Below are positions 8,082 through 16,750 of a stretch of 47,021 nucleotides of DNA, in pieces. The stretch's first letter is position 1. Each line of letters begins with the position of its first letter. A program made the position numbers and the translations under genes. The stretch spans positions 1 to 47,021 of the forward strand of contig JBIKWQ010000019.1 of NCBI GenBank assembly GCA_044356215.1, given 5' to 3'. Below the pieces are notes generated by a model that saw nothing but the letters and a program-made list of their open reading frames with translations, ran no database searches and was not told the DNA's origin. The stretch is from Bdellovibrionota bacterium. GTDB taxonomy: Bacteria > Bdellovibrionota_C > UBA2361 > OMII01.

Positions 8082-9293
8082 TTGGCTATTTTCCGCCCAA
8101 TGTACGTGACTAGCACAGAAGAGATCCAAACGACCGGAAGGGTTGAATTTAAGGCGATAAACGCGGGATTAACTTCCCGAATATCTGATTTTTCGCGGGC
8201 CATGTCTGGGGTTTTGTCGGAACAGTGGCAGGAATTAAATAGACGAGTAGCTGACTCTAAGCCGTTTGATACCCCTGAATGGTATCAGGCTTTCTCGTCA
8301 TCGTTCGCTGATGAGCGAGAGGCTCGCATCCTCACAGTAAGTCGCGGCGGCTCTCTGGTTGGTGTTTTGCCACTTCAAAGGGCGAATTCATTTTTTGGTC
8401 GGGTGCCGGCTAGAACCATCAGGAGTCTCTCAGGGATTCATTCCTGTCGGTTCGACTTGATAAGTGATGAATCTGACGATCGCGACGAGATAGCCCAGGT
8501 GGTCTGGAGTGAGCTTGAAAGGGATCATAGCTGGCAGGTGATTGAGGCTCTCGATGTCCCAGAGAACGGGAATTTTTTTAAGATAGTAAAAAAGGCGAGA
8601 GCAGGAGGGTTTCTTGTAGGTGAGTGGCCTACAAGATTTAGTCCAGTGTTGCGGCTCCCTGATAAAGGAACTGATCCGTTTTCCAACTGTCCACGTGGCT
8701 TTCGCGCTTTTCGTAAGAAGCTGCAGGCTAAGCTGGATGCGCTAAGCTCGCAGGGAGAGATCTCTTTTCGCGTCGATACGATGCCTTATGAGGATGGATT
8801 AGCTAAATTTATGCGACTCGAGTCCTCGGGATGGAAGGGGGCGAATGGTAGCGCAATTGTGTCTAATCTCAAGGCCGCCAAATTTTACTCATACTTTGTT
8901 GAGCACCTTCAGAGAAAGGGGGTTCTTCGCGTGTATTCACTTAATCTATCTGATAAGCCGATCGCTATGCAGCTCGGGCTATTTATGAACGGGGTGTATT
9001 ATTCACCAAAGGTGGCCTATGACGAGAGCTTTTCCAAGTTTGCTCCAGGACATCTATTAGTTAGATATCTAATAGGTGACTTAGTCGAAAACAACGCGCG
9101 GATGTTTGAGTTTCTGGGACCCCGGGCGTTCTGGAAGACTATATGGACCAAGGACGTTGTGCGGCACAGTAACCTGTACATTTTTCGGCCGAGTTTAAAG
9201 GGCCGGACGCTGCATGGTTTAACTATGGGTTTAGGCCCGAGACTAAGATCGTTAAAGCATAGGTGGTTTGGTGATCCGCAGAGCATCGCTTAG
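8082..9293 (+). CDS. GNAT family acetyltransferase (CelD/BcsL-like)
   Basis: LVGVLPL, LESSGWKG, AYDESFSKFAPGHLL and FEFLG...WK..WT motifs. Start uncertain (8082, 8100 or 8202). Confidence 0.85.
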   Translation: MAIFRPMYVTSTEEIQTTGRVEFKAINAGLTSRISDFSRAMSGVLSEQWQELNRRVADSKPFDTPEWYQAFSSSFADEREARILTVSRGGSLVGVLPLQRANSFFGRVPARTIRSLSGIHSCRFDLISDESDDRDEIAQVVWSELERDHSWQVIEALDVPENGNFFKIVKKARAGGFLVGEWPTRFSPVLRLPDKGTDPFSNCPRGFRAFRKKLQAKLDALSSQGEISFRVDTMPYEDGLAKFMRLESSGWKGANGSAIVSNLKAAKFYSYFVEHLQRKGVLRVYSLNLSDKPIAMQLGLFMNGVYYSPKVAYDESFSKFAPGHLLVRYLIGDLVENNARMFEFLGPRAFWKTIWTKDVVRHSNLYIFRPSLKGRTLHGLTMGLGPRLRSLKHRWFGDPQSIA

Positions 9294-10370
9294 CAACCCA
9301 AGCCTCTTAGGCAAATCAGGATGATAAAACACCTCAAGTAAGTCGGTTCCGCTTGTCGTCGTGGAGGAAGGAGCAACTTCCCCTAGCTCTGGAGCGGACT
9401 TTCCTCGATATAGCATCATAGGAGAGGTGAAAACGCGTGCCTCATCCCAGAGATTGGATTCAATAAAGTGGCTTAGAGTTGTAGTGCCGCCTTCTATAAT
9501 TATCGATAGCACCTCGCGCTGATACAGGTCTTCGCAAATCGTTTGAATCAGTCTATTCGAGGTGTCGCAGATGGAAACTGAGACAGTTGGGCCGAAATGA
9601 AGTCCGGGTCTATTTGAATAGGCGAGCGTTGGAGCGTCAGAGCCCCATAGCTTTAGTCCGTCTGGGAGTTTGGAAGCATCGCCTATTAGAACACGCAGAG
9701 GTTGCATCGGCGGTAACTCTCGCTCGGCATACAACTCGGTGTACCGCACCGTTAGACTCGGATCGTCAGTTCTAGCTGTGTTCGCGCCAACTGCTATCGC
9801 CATCTCTTGGCCACGCCAGTAATGTAGTAATTGATGAGACTGTTGAGAAGAAATCGTCATTCGAGCCCCATCCTCGGGAGCTATAAAACGATCCGCTGTT
9901 TGAGCCCATTTTAGAATTATATATGGACGTCTCTCTTTGCGGGCCAGTATGAACCGTCTGTTCAGAGAAACACACTCATCGTGTAGCACCCCAACTTTAA
10001 CTTTCATCCCAGCCGCTTGCAGACGTTCTACGCCCGCTCGAGAAACTTTCTCGTAGGGGTCTAGACAACCGACCACTACTGATGAGATGCCGCTTCTAAT
10101 CAAGAGATCCGCACAGGGTGGAGTTTTTCCATAGTGAGAACACGGCTCCAGAGTCACGTATACAGTTGAGCCAGCGAGCTTTGATTGATCAGAGATAGAA
10201 TTAATGGCGTTAACTTCAGCGTGCGGCTGACCAAAATATTGGTGGTAGCCCTCGCCAATAATTTCTCCACTTTTTACCACAACAGCGCCAACGCTTGGGT
10301 TTGGAAGAGTTCTGCGAGTCTCCTGCGCGGCAAGCTCAAGTGCTCGCCTCATAAATCTTTCGTCACTCAT
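9252..10370 (-). CDS. ribD: Riboflavin biosynthesis deaminase/reductase
   Basis: PNPSVGAVVV, HAE, TLEPCSH.GKTPPC, LKWAQT.D, DDPSLTVR and IEGG motifs. Confidence 0.97.
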   Translation of the reverse strand: MSDERFMRRALELAAQETRRTLPNPSVGAVVVKSGEIIGEGYHQYFGQPHAEVNAINSISDQSKLAGSTVYVTLEPCSHYGKTPPCADLLIRSGISSVVVGCLDPYEKVSRAGVERLQAAGMKVKVGVLHDECVSLNRRFILARKERRPYIILKWAQTADRFIAPEDGARMTISSQQSHQLLHYWRGQEMAIAVGANTARTDDPSLTVRYTELYAERELPPMQPLRVLIGDASKLPDGLKLWGSDAPTLAYSNRPGLHFGPTVSVSICDTSNRLIQTICEDLYQREVLSIIIEGGTTTLSHFIESNLWDEARVFTSPMMLYRGKSAPELGEVAPSSTTTSGTDLLEVFYHPDLPKRLGLLSDALRITKPPML

Positions 10371-10373
10371 CGT

Positions 10374-11360
10374 CTATGGATTTGGGGGAGGTTCTTCGGT
10401 TGGTACGAAGAGCTCTGGGGTATTGGTAGGTGAGACATCCGCGCTACTTTTATTCAGCCACTCGACACGGTTGCTTTCAGATGAGACCCCTTTAAGGGAC
10501 ATTAGAAGATTTCCTCGTACCTCAGCAGGCAGCTCTATTGATTGTCCTACCCAGGCTGGCGTATTTGTTGGGATCTCCTGTCCCTCCATGTAGGCGTCCA
10601 TTAGACACTCGGCTAGCCTAAACGGAACTCCGAACCCCTGATCAGGTGTGCTCGATTCGCTTCTTTCGGCGGCCGCTACGAACTGTAGAGCTACGGACCG
10701 TGGAAAACCCATCTGTTCCAACATCAATCCAGTGATCTGAACAGTGGAGCACTGCCATACGCGTTGCTCAAACGCTAGATCGAATACCTTATCATTAGTC
10801 TTTAAATGGATCCGGTACTCTTTGAAAGCTTTTCGATTTTCGCGCATCAAAGGGGCAAAAGCGAGGTATCTCAAGCCTCTCGTCATCAGGCCTATACCTA
10901 GGCCAACTTCTTTCACCGCGAGTCCGATCTTGCCCCCGATAGCCAGGGCTTCGTAGAGCGGGGTCTGTACGTAATCCCATTCCTCTTTCTCAATCTTCTT
11001 ACTTAAGTTCTTAAAGAGGTAGCAAAGTGTTAGTACTGCCGCGTGGTCGAGTGGCTTATAGGCGTCTACAAAATCGCTTGGAGTTAAGTGCTTCTTTGAT
11101 GTGAGAAGTCCTGGATTGAATTGACGCGAGAAGAAGTAGTAGGTCGCTTTTAGAGTATCGTTTTTTAAAAGTCTGATGAGGTGATTTCGGCTTCCGTGAG
11201 AGAATTGAGTTCCGTTAATGTGGGTAGAAACCAGGAGCCTAATAGCTTCTGAGAAATTAGCTGCGATCGATCCAAAAGGCTTTAACAGCTCAGCGGCTGG
11301 ACCCCAGCCGAGGGTTAGAAACTGTTCGGCGTTTGTTGATGCGGGAGTGGCTTCAGTCAT
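10374..11360 (-). CDS. Hypothetical protein, possibly a degenerate HDOD-like domain
   Basis: Long ORF 3 bp upstream of ribD. AFEQRVWQCSTVQITGLMLEQMGFP resembles the HDOD E-x3-FG-x2-H...G-x2-L-x3-W-x-FP segment. Confidence 0.6.
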   Translation of the reverse strand: MTEATPASTNAEQFLTLGWGPAAELLKPFGSIAANFSEAIRLLVSTHINGTQFSHGSRNHLIRLLKNDTLKATYYFFSRQFNPGLLTSKKHLTPSDFVDAYKPLDHAAVLTLCYLFKNLSKKIEKEEWDYVQTPLYEALAIGGKIGLAVKEVGLGIGLMTRGLRYLAFAPLMRENRKAFKEYRIHLKTNDKVFDLAFEQRVWQCSTVQITGLMLEQMGFPRSVALQFVAAAERSESSTPDQGFGVPFRLAECLMDAYMEGQEIPTNTPAWVGQSIELPAEVRGNLLMSLKGVSSESNRVEWLNKSSADVSPTNTPELFVPTEEPPPNP

Positions 11361-11440
11361 CGGTTCAAAAATCTTAACATGCGTTCCTTCGATTCGCTAT
11401 GTTAGTTAATCGGCTAATCATCAGGATAACTTTACGCGTT

Positions 11441-13492
11441 TTAGGCAGCCTGCGCGGTTAGCCCAGATCGCTTTAAAAGCGCGGTAATATCGGCCTTACG
11501 TCCCATAAAACTCTCAAAGAGTGCTTCGGGATCTTGGGAATCCCCTGAGCTTAAAACGGTATTCCTAAATTCCGCCCCTACTTTGCTGTTGAATAAACCT
11601 TCCCTCTCAAATCGCGAGAACGCGTCCGCGTCTAGGACCTCTGCCCATTGATACGAATAGTATCCAGCGGCATACCCAACAGGAGAGCTAAAAAGGTGAG
11701 TAAAGGTTAAGATCATCGCGTAATCTTCTGGGAGGGGAAGACTTGTAAAGCGAGATAGGATCGACCTGCAGTAGGCAACAACGTCCCCGTTCTTATCTTT
11801 CGAGTATTCGCGGTGAAGCGCTAAGTCGACTGTTGAGAATCCTACCTGTCTCATCAGATGAGACGCGCTCCTAAAGTTGCGCGCCGCGAGCATCTTCTTA
11901 AAGAGCGTATCGGGAATCTTCTCGCCTGTTTTGTAGTGAGAGGCGATTAAATCTACCGACTCGCGATCCCAACACCAGTTCTCAAATATCTGCGATGGGA
12001 GCTCGATAAAGTCCCATGCTACTCCATCCATTGACTGTCCGCGCAGTTCAGTTGTGTTGCACAGGAGGTGCATCAGGTGACCAAATTCGTGAAACAGGGT
12101 GGTTACCTCATCGTGAGTGAGAAGGGCGTCGGCGTTGCCACTAGGTGGTGTGAAATTACCGGCGATTAATCCGACGTGAGGTAGATCGGGGCCATCAGAT
12201 CGAGCGTGAGTTAGGAGCGTATTCATCCAAGCCCCACCACGTTTATTCTCTCTTGGGAAGAAATCGGCGTAGAAATGGCCTATCACCTCTCCACTACTGG
12301 AGTCCTTAGCCGAGTATGCTGTGACGCCAGGGTCCCACACTGGGAGATCCTTATTCGGTGTGACAGATACTCCAAAGACGGATTCGGCTATTGAGAAGAG
12401 CCCCTTCATCGCGCTTGTCAGAGAGAAGTAAGGACGAAGCTCCTCTTCATCAAAATCGTAGCGAGCTTTACGCATCCTCTCGACATAAAAAGCGATATCC
12501 CACGGCTTAACCGAATCTTTATCTACGCCGTACTCGGCCTTTATAAAATCAAACAGCTCCTGGTTGTCCCTCTCAAAGTGAGGATTGATATGAGCTTTAA
12601 GTTCATTTACAAAACGTTGAGCCTCTTGCCCACGTTTTGCCATACGGTCAGCCAAGACTAAATCTGAAAAATCCTTAAAACCTAAAAGAGCTGCCTTTTG
12701 CGCGCGTAGCTCCAAGATCTTGTAAAGGCACTCGCGATTATCGAGTGAGCCACCGGAGCAGCGCGTGTTGTAGGCGTTGTAAAAACGCTCACGTAGAGAG
12801 CGATTCTCGGCATAGGTCATGATGGCGATAAAGCTCGGAGCTTGAAGGGTAAAACGCCAACCTTCCTTGCCTTTAGCGGACGCGGAGGCTTTGCCCATGT
12901 TCATGGCGCTCTCTGGCAGTCCAGCTAACTCTTTCGGATCTGTGGTAATGTACTCAAAGGCATTTGTGGCGTCTAAGGTGTGTTGCGAGAAGGTATTAGT
13001 GATATTAGCTAGCTCGGTGTTGAGTTTAGAGAGAACCTCTTTATTTGCCTCTGAAAGCTCCGCTCCGCTTCGTTTGAATGAGTCGATGGTTTTCTCAAGA
13101 TAGCGACGGCAAGGACCTGTTAGGCTAGCTGCTTCAGGTGTTCGCGAATAATCTTTCAGCGCCGCCCAAAGCCCAGGGTCGAGAATTAAGCGAGATCGGA
13201 ATTCCGTGACTTTAGGCAGTACAGTATTGTACGCCTCACGCCACTCAGGTGTCGTCGCTACAGATTCGAGATGAGAGATTAGACCCATGGCAAAATCTAG
13301 GTCGAGGCCAAGATTGTCGAGGGCTAATAGAGTATTTTCGAAGGTCCGCGCGGATTTGCTTCCCTTCAATTCCTCAAGCTCACGTTGAGCTACAGCGATA
13401 AGCCTATCTATCGCGGGAACTATCTGTGAGGCGTTGAACGATTGAAATGGAATAGTAGCTACGCGCTCGGTGAGTGGATTCGTTTCAGACAT
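11441..13492 (-). CDS. prlC: Oligopeptidase A (M3A metallopeptidase)
   Basis: TLFHEFGH zinc motif, WDFIELPSQ, KRGGAWM and GYAAGYYSY.WAEVLDADAF. Confidence 0.93.
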   Translation of the reverse strand: MSETNPLTERVATIPFQSFNASQIVPAIDRLIAVAQRELEELKGSKSARTFENTLLALDNLGLDLDFAMGLISHLESVATTPEWREAYNTVLPKVTEFRSRLILDPGLWAALKDYSRTPEAASLTGPCRRYLEKTIDSFKRSGAELSEANKEVLSKLNTELANITNTFSQHTLDATNAFEYITTDPKELAGLPESAMNMGKASASAKGKEGWRFTLQAPSFIAIMTYAENRSLRERFYNAYNTRCSGGSLDNRECLYKILELRAQKAALLGFKDFSDLVLADRMAKRGQEAQRFVNELKAHINPHFERDNQELFDFIKAEYGVDKDSVKPWDIAFYVERMRKARYDFDEEELRPYFSLTSAMKGLFSIAESVFGVSVTPNKDLPVWDPGVTAYSAKDSSSGEVIGHFYADFFPRENKRGGAWMNTLLTHARSDGPDLPHVGLIAGNFTPPSGNADALLTHDEVTTLFHEFGHLMHLLCNTTELRGQSMDGVAWDFIELPSQIFENWCWDRESVDLIASHYKTGEKIPDTLFKKMLAARNFRSASHLMRQVGFSTVDLALHREYSKDKNGDVVAYCRSILSRFTSLPLPEDYAMILTFTHLFSSPVGYAAGYYSYQWAEVLDADAFSRFEREGLFNSKVGAEFRNTVLSSGDSQDPEALFESFMGRKADITALLKRSGLTAQAA

Positions 13493-13592
13493 GTTTGTAA
13501 TTCCAGCTTTCTAGTTCGTAGTAGAAGATTGTAATATCTTGGTAGAATTTCAACAAGGGAAGCATCGCCACTACTAAGAGCGCTTCTTGGGG

Positions 13593-13904
13593 CTAATCTC
13601 CAGACAGCTGGAAACTCGCCTGTGGTATAGCTCCTGAGATATTTTTATTCGCGCGCTTTATAGGTCGCCCAGAGCGCGCGGCCAAAAGCTCCTCGCACTG
13701 TTCTGGGTTTGAATCGGGATTCCTTTTACATTGTTCAATTAAGCGAGTTTCGCTACCCAGAAATGAAAGTGAGTTAGCGCGTTGTAAATAGAAGCACACT
13801 CCGCCGCAGAATATGATAGATGCGCTGATGACAGCGGACCACTTTATCATCTGGAGCGTCGAGCCACTGTTGATGTCTGTAGCTTTTTTATTTTTCCCTG
13901 ACAT
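13593..13904 (-). CDS. Hypothetical single-TM protein
   Basis: One hydrophobic helix and a Cys pair (C-x9-C); AGAGG upstream. Confidence 0.6.
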   Translation of the reverse strand: MSGKNKKATDINSGSTLQMIKWSAVISASIIFCGGVCFYLQRANSLSFLGSETRLIEQCKRNPDSNPEQCEELLAARSGRPIKRANKNISGAIPQASFQLSGD

Positions 13905-14054
13905 TTTTGCCTCTAAAAATAGATACGGCAGCCGCAGATTAAACTTTATAAACTGTGCCTAATCCCGCCTAACCATCTGATAGTATTAGCTACGAGGGTG
14001 GCTCTTCATCGTACTCTGTCTAATTAACTCACTTATGCAGTATCATTCCGGCCC

Positions 14055-15638
14055 ATGAAGAGCGTTGATTTTTTGGTAATAGGCGGCGGCATCGCGGGCT
14101 TAACATACGCCCTGCGTGTGGCCGATCATGGGCGGGTCGCAATCCTGTTTAAGAAAGATGTTGGGTTGTCCTCAACGTTGTGGGCACAGGGTGGTATCGC
14201 CGCTGTTAATCAGCCCGATGATAGCTTCGATCTTCATATCAAAGACACCCTTGAGTGTGGTGCCGGACTATCTGACCTGGCGACAGTTGAGCTGGTTGTA
14301 AAAGAGGGACCTGAGAGGGTTCAGGAGTTAATCTCAAGAGGAACTCATTTTGATACCGATGACAGAGGTGATTTCCACCTGCATCAGGAGGGCGGACACT
14401 CGCGCAGACGTATATTTCACTCAGGAGACGCCACCGGCTTTGAGATTCAGCGAGCTCTACTTGAGGCTGTGCAGAAGCATCCAAATATCGAGTTAATTAG
14501 ATTCGCCAGCGCGATCGATCTGATAACAACTCGTAAGATCGGATTGTCGAATGCGGGATCTAATAAGGTTCTAGGAGCCTATGTTCTTCACGGAGATGGA
14601 ACAATAGAGCCATTCTTAGCTGATAAAGTTCTGGTCGCTACTGGAGGAGCAGGAAAGATATATCTCTATACCTCGAACCCTGATGTCGCCACGGGAGATG
14701 GCATCGCGATGTGTTACCGCGCAGGCTGCCGTGTTGCGAATATGGAATTTATTCAGTTTCATCCGACCTGCCTTTTTCATCCGCAAGCAAAGAGTTTCCT
14801 TATTACAGAGGCGATGAGAGGTGAGGGCGCCAGGCTCTTAAGGATTAATGGCGATCGCTTTATGGGGCGTTACGATTCACGACTTGAGCTAGCGCCGCGT
14901 GATGTTGTAGCAAGAGCGATCGACGCTGAGATGAAGCTGCACGGCGACGAGCATGTGCTTCTCGATATATCACACAGAGATCCTGATTTTGTAAAAGCAC
15001 ATTTTCCAACGATTTATGAGCGGTGTCTGCGGTTTGGTTTCGATATTACAAAGGGACCGATTCCCGTTGTTCCCGCGGCGCACTATATGTGTGGAGGAGT
15101 GGTAAGTGATCACGATGGAGCAACGGAGATCGTGGACTTGTATGTGGCGGGAGAGTGCGCGTTTACCGGGCTGCATGGAGCCAATCGTCTAGCTTCTAAC
15201 TCGCTTCTTGAGGGGGTGGTTTTCGGGCATAGGGCAGCGTTACACGCGGTAAAAAACCTTCGCAAATACGAGCTAAGTGCGGTACCAAGACCATGGGATC
15301 CAGGTAACGCGGTTGATAGTGATGAGCAGGTTGTAATCACGCAGAATTGGGATGAGATTCGCCGCACAATGTGGAACTACGTTGGTATAGTTCGCACGAC
15401 TAAGCGTTTGGAGAGAGCGCTACATAGAATGGATCTTATTAAAAGCGAGATTCAGGAATATTACAGGCAGTGTATCGTCACTTCTGATCTTCTCGAACTA
15501 AGAAACCTGCACCTCGTTTCAGAACTGGTAATCCGTTGCGCGCTTGCGCGCAAAGAAAGTAGGGGGCTGCACTACACGCTTGACTACATGCAAACTCAAC
15601 CTCAAGCGAGCAATACGTACCTTCAACGTGAGGATTAG
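14055..15638 (+). CDS. nadB: L-aspartate oxidase
   Basis: GGGIAG FAD motif, AQGGIAA, EGGHS.RRI.H, QFHPT, LAPRDVVARAI, GLHGANRLASNSLLE and ESRGLHY. Confidence 0.97.
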   Translation: MKSVDFLVIGGGIAGLTYALRVADHGRVAILFKKDVGLSSTLWAQGGIAAVNQPDDSFDLHIKDTLECGAGLSDLATVELVVKEGPERVQELISRGTHFDTDDRGDFHLHQEGGHSRRRIFHSGDATGFEIQRALLEAVQKHPNIELIRFASAIDLITTRKIGLSNAGSNKVLGAYVLHGDGTIEPFLADKVLVATGGAGKIYLYTSNPDVATGDGIAMCYRAGCRVANMEFIQFHPTCLFHPQAKSFLITEAMRGEGARLLRINGDRFMGRYDSRLELAPRDVVARAIDAEMKLHGDEHVLLDISHRDPDFVKAHFPTIYERCLRFGFDITKGPIPVVPAAHYMCGGVVSDHDGATEIVDLYVAGECAFTGLHGANRLASNSLLEGVVFGHRAALHAVKNLRKYELSAVPRPWDPGNAVDSDEQVVITQNWDEIRRTMWNYVGIVRTTKRLERALHRMDLIKSEIQEYYRQCIVTSDLLELRNLHLVSELVIRCALARKESRGLHYTLDYMQTQPQASNTYLQRED

Positions 15639-16028
15639 CCGAGGTCGGCGGACAAAGATGTCGGATTGCAGTGTGGAGACCTCTCCCCAACGTATTGTTT
15701 GGTTTGTCAAGCAATCGGAATACTCGGTTTAAACATAACGACGTTTGTCGCTGATGAGATATTCCATTATTTCTAATTCTGATCTACAAGTTAGCCCGTA
15801 GCTCAGACTCTGTTTCGGTTTTTCTGACGGAGTAGCTGTCAGGAGCCATGGAAAAGCTTCGGTGCGTAAAGTGCCTCTTTCTTTGGCAGGTGACTGGGTC
15901 TGTGAGCTGACTATAACTGGTAGTAGTGGGTGGTTACCAACTTGCTTAGCGGGTTTAGAGCGGCCAAAGTGGTTCGGCTGATTAAATTCGTTATTAGTTT
16001 AGACCTTCCCAACTTTTCTTCTCTATCC

Positions 16029-16706
16029 ATGATCAAAAAATCAAGATTGTTTTTGTTAGGCGCTTGCGTTCTGGCCCTTGGGATCTTCGTTTTAGACTCG
16101 CGAGGGTTGCTAGATAGTCGAGAGGCTGTAGCTCAAGCCGCGCCAGGCGCGAGCTATCCGGCGGTCGGAGTGCGGGCAGGTGTGTACAACGACGGACAAG
16201 CCGCATTGTGGGATCTGAACATCACCGATCACTTCCACTATTTTGGCCCAGAGCAGAGAGCCCGCGGATACAAGCCAACTCAGCCGATTAACTTTAGCCA
16301 CGTAATCCACGTTCAGCAGAACAAGATGGAGTGCCAATACTGCCACTGGTCAGTGGGCAAGGCTTCCTACGCGGCGATTCCAGAGGAAGAGACCTGCATG
16401 GGGTGTCACGGCGCTTTGGTGGCCGGAAAAAGCGAGCAGGGGAAAAAGGATATCGAGAAGCTAAAGGATTACTACAATCGCGGCGAGCCGATTCCGTGGG
16501 TGAAGGTGCATGTAATGCCTGACCACGTAAAGTTTAATCACAAGCGTCACGTGAAAGCTGGAGTTTCATGTCAGGAGTGCCACGGCCAGATTCCAGAGAT
16601 GGAGAAGGTCGAGCGCGTATCTTCGATGAAGATGGGCTGGTGTATTAGCTGCCATCGTGAGAAGGGCGCTAGCATCGATTGCTTAACCTGTCACGGTCAC
16701 CGTTAA
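16029..16706 (+). CDS. actA: Alternative Complex III pentaheme cytochrome c subunit
   Basis: Five CxxCH motifs (CQYCH, CMGCH, CQECH, CISCH, CLTCH), QPINFSH..H and PIPWVKVH.MPDHV.FNH; N-terminal hydrophobic helix. ATG 16029 preferred. Confidence 0.92.
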   Translation: MIKKSRLFLLGACVLALGIFVLDSRGLLDSREAVAQAAPGASYPAVGVRAGVYNDGQAALWDLNITDHFHYFGPEQRARGYKPTQPINFSHVIHVQQNKMECQYCHWSVGKASYAAIPEEETCMGCHGALVAGKSEQGKKDIEKLKDYYNRGEPIPWVKVHVMPDHVKFNHKRHVKAGVSCQECHGQIPEMEKVERVSSMKMGWCISCHREKGASIDCLTCHGHR

Positions 16707-16750
16707 TCCCGATTTAGTTTAGATTTTCAGTCGTTTTATTGAGGACAAAG

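Noticed and set aside
15930..16028. N-terminal extension of actA in the ORF track
   Set aside because: GTG start giving a non-homologous sequence; ATG 16029 directly precedes the basic/hydrophobic leader.
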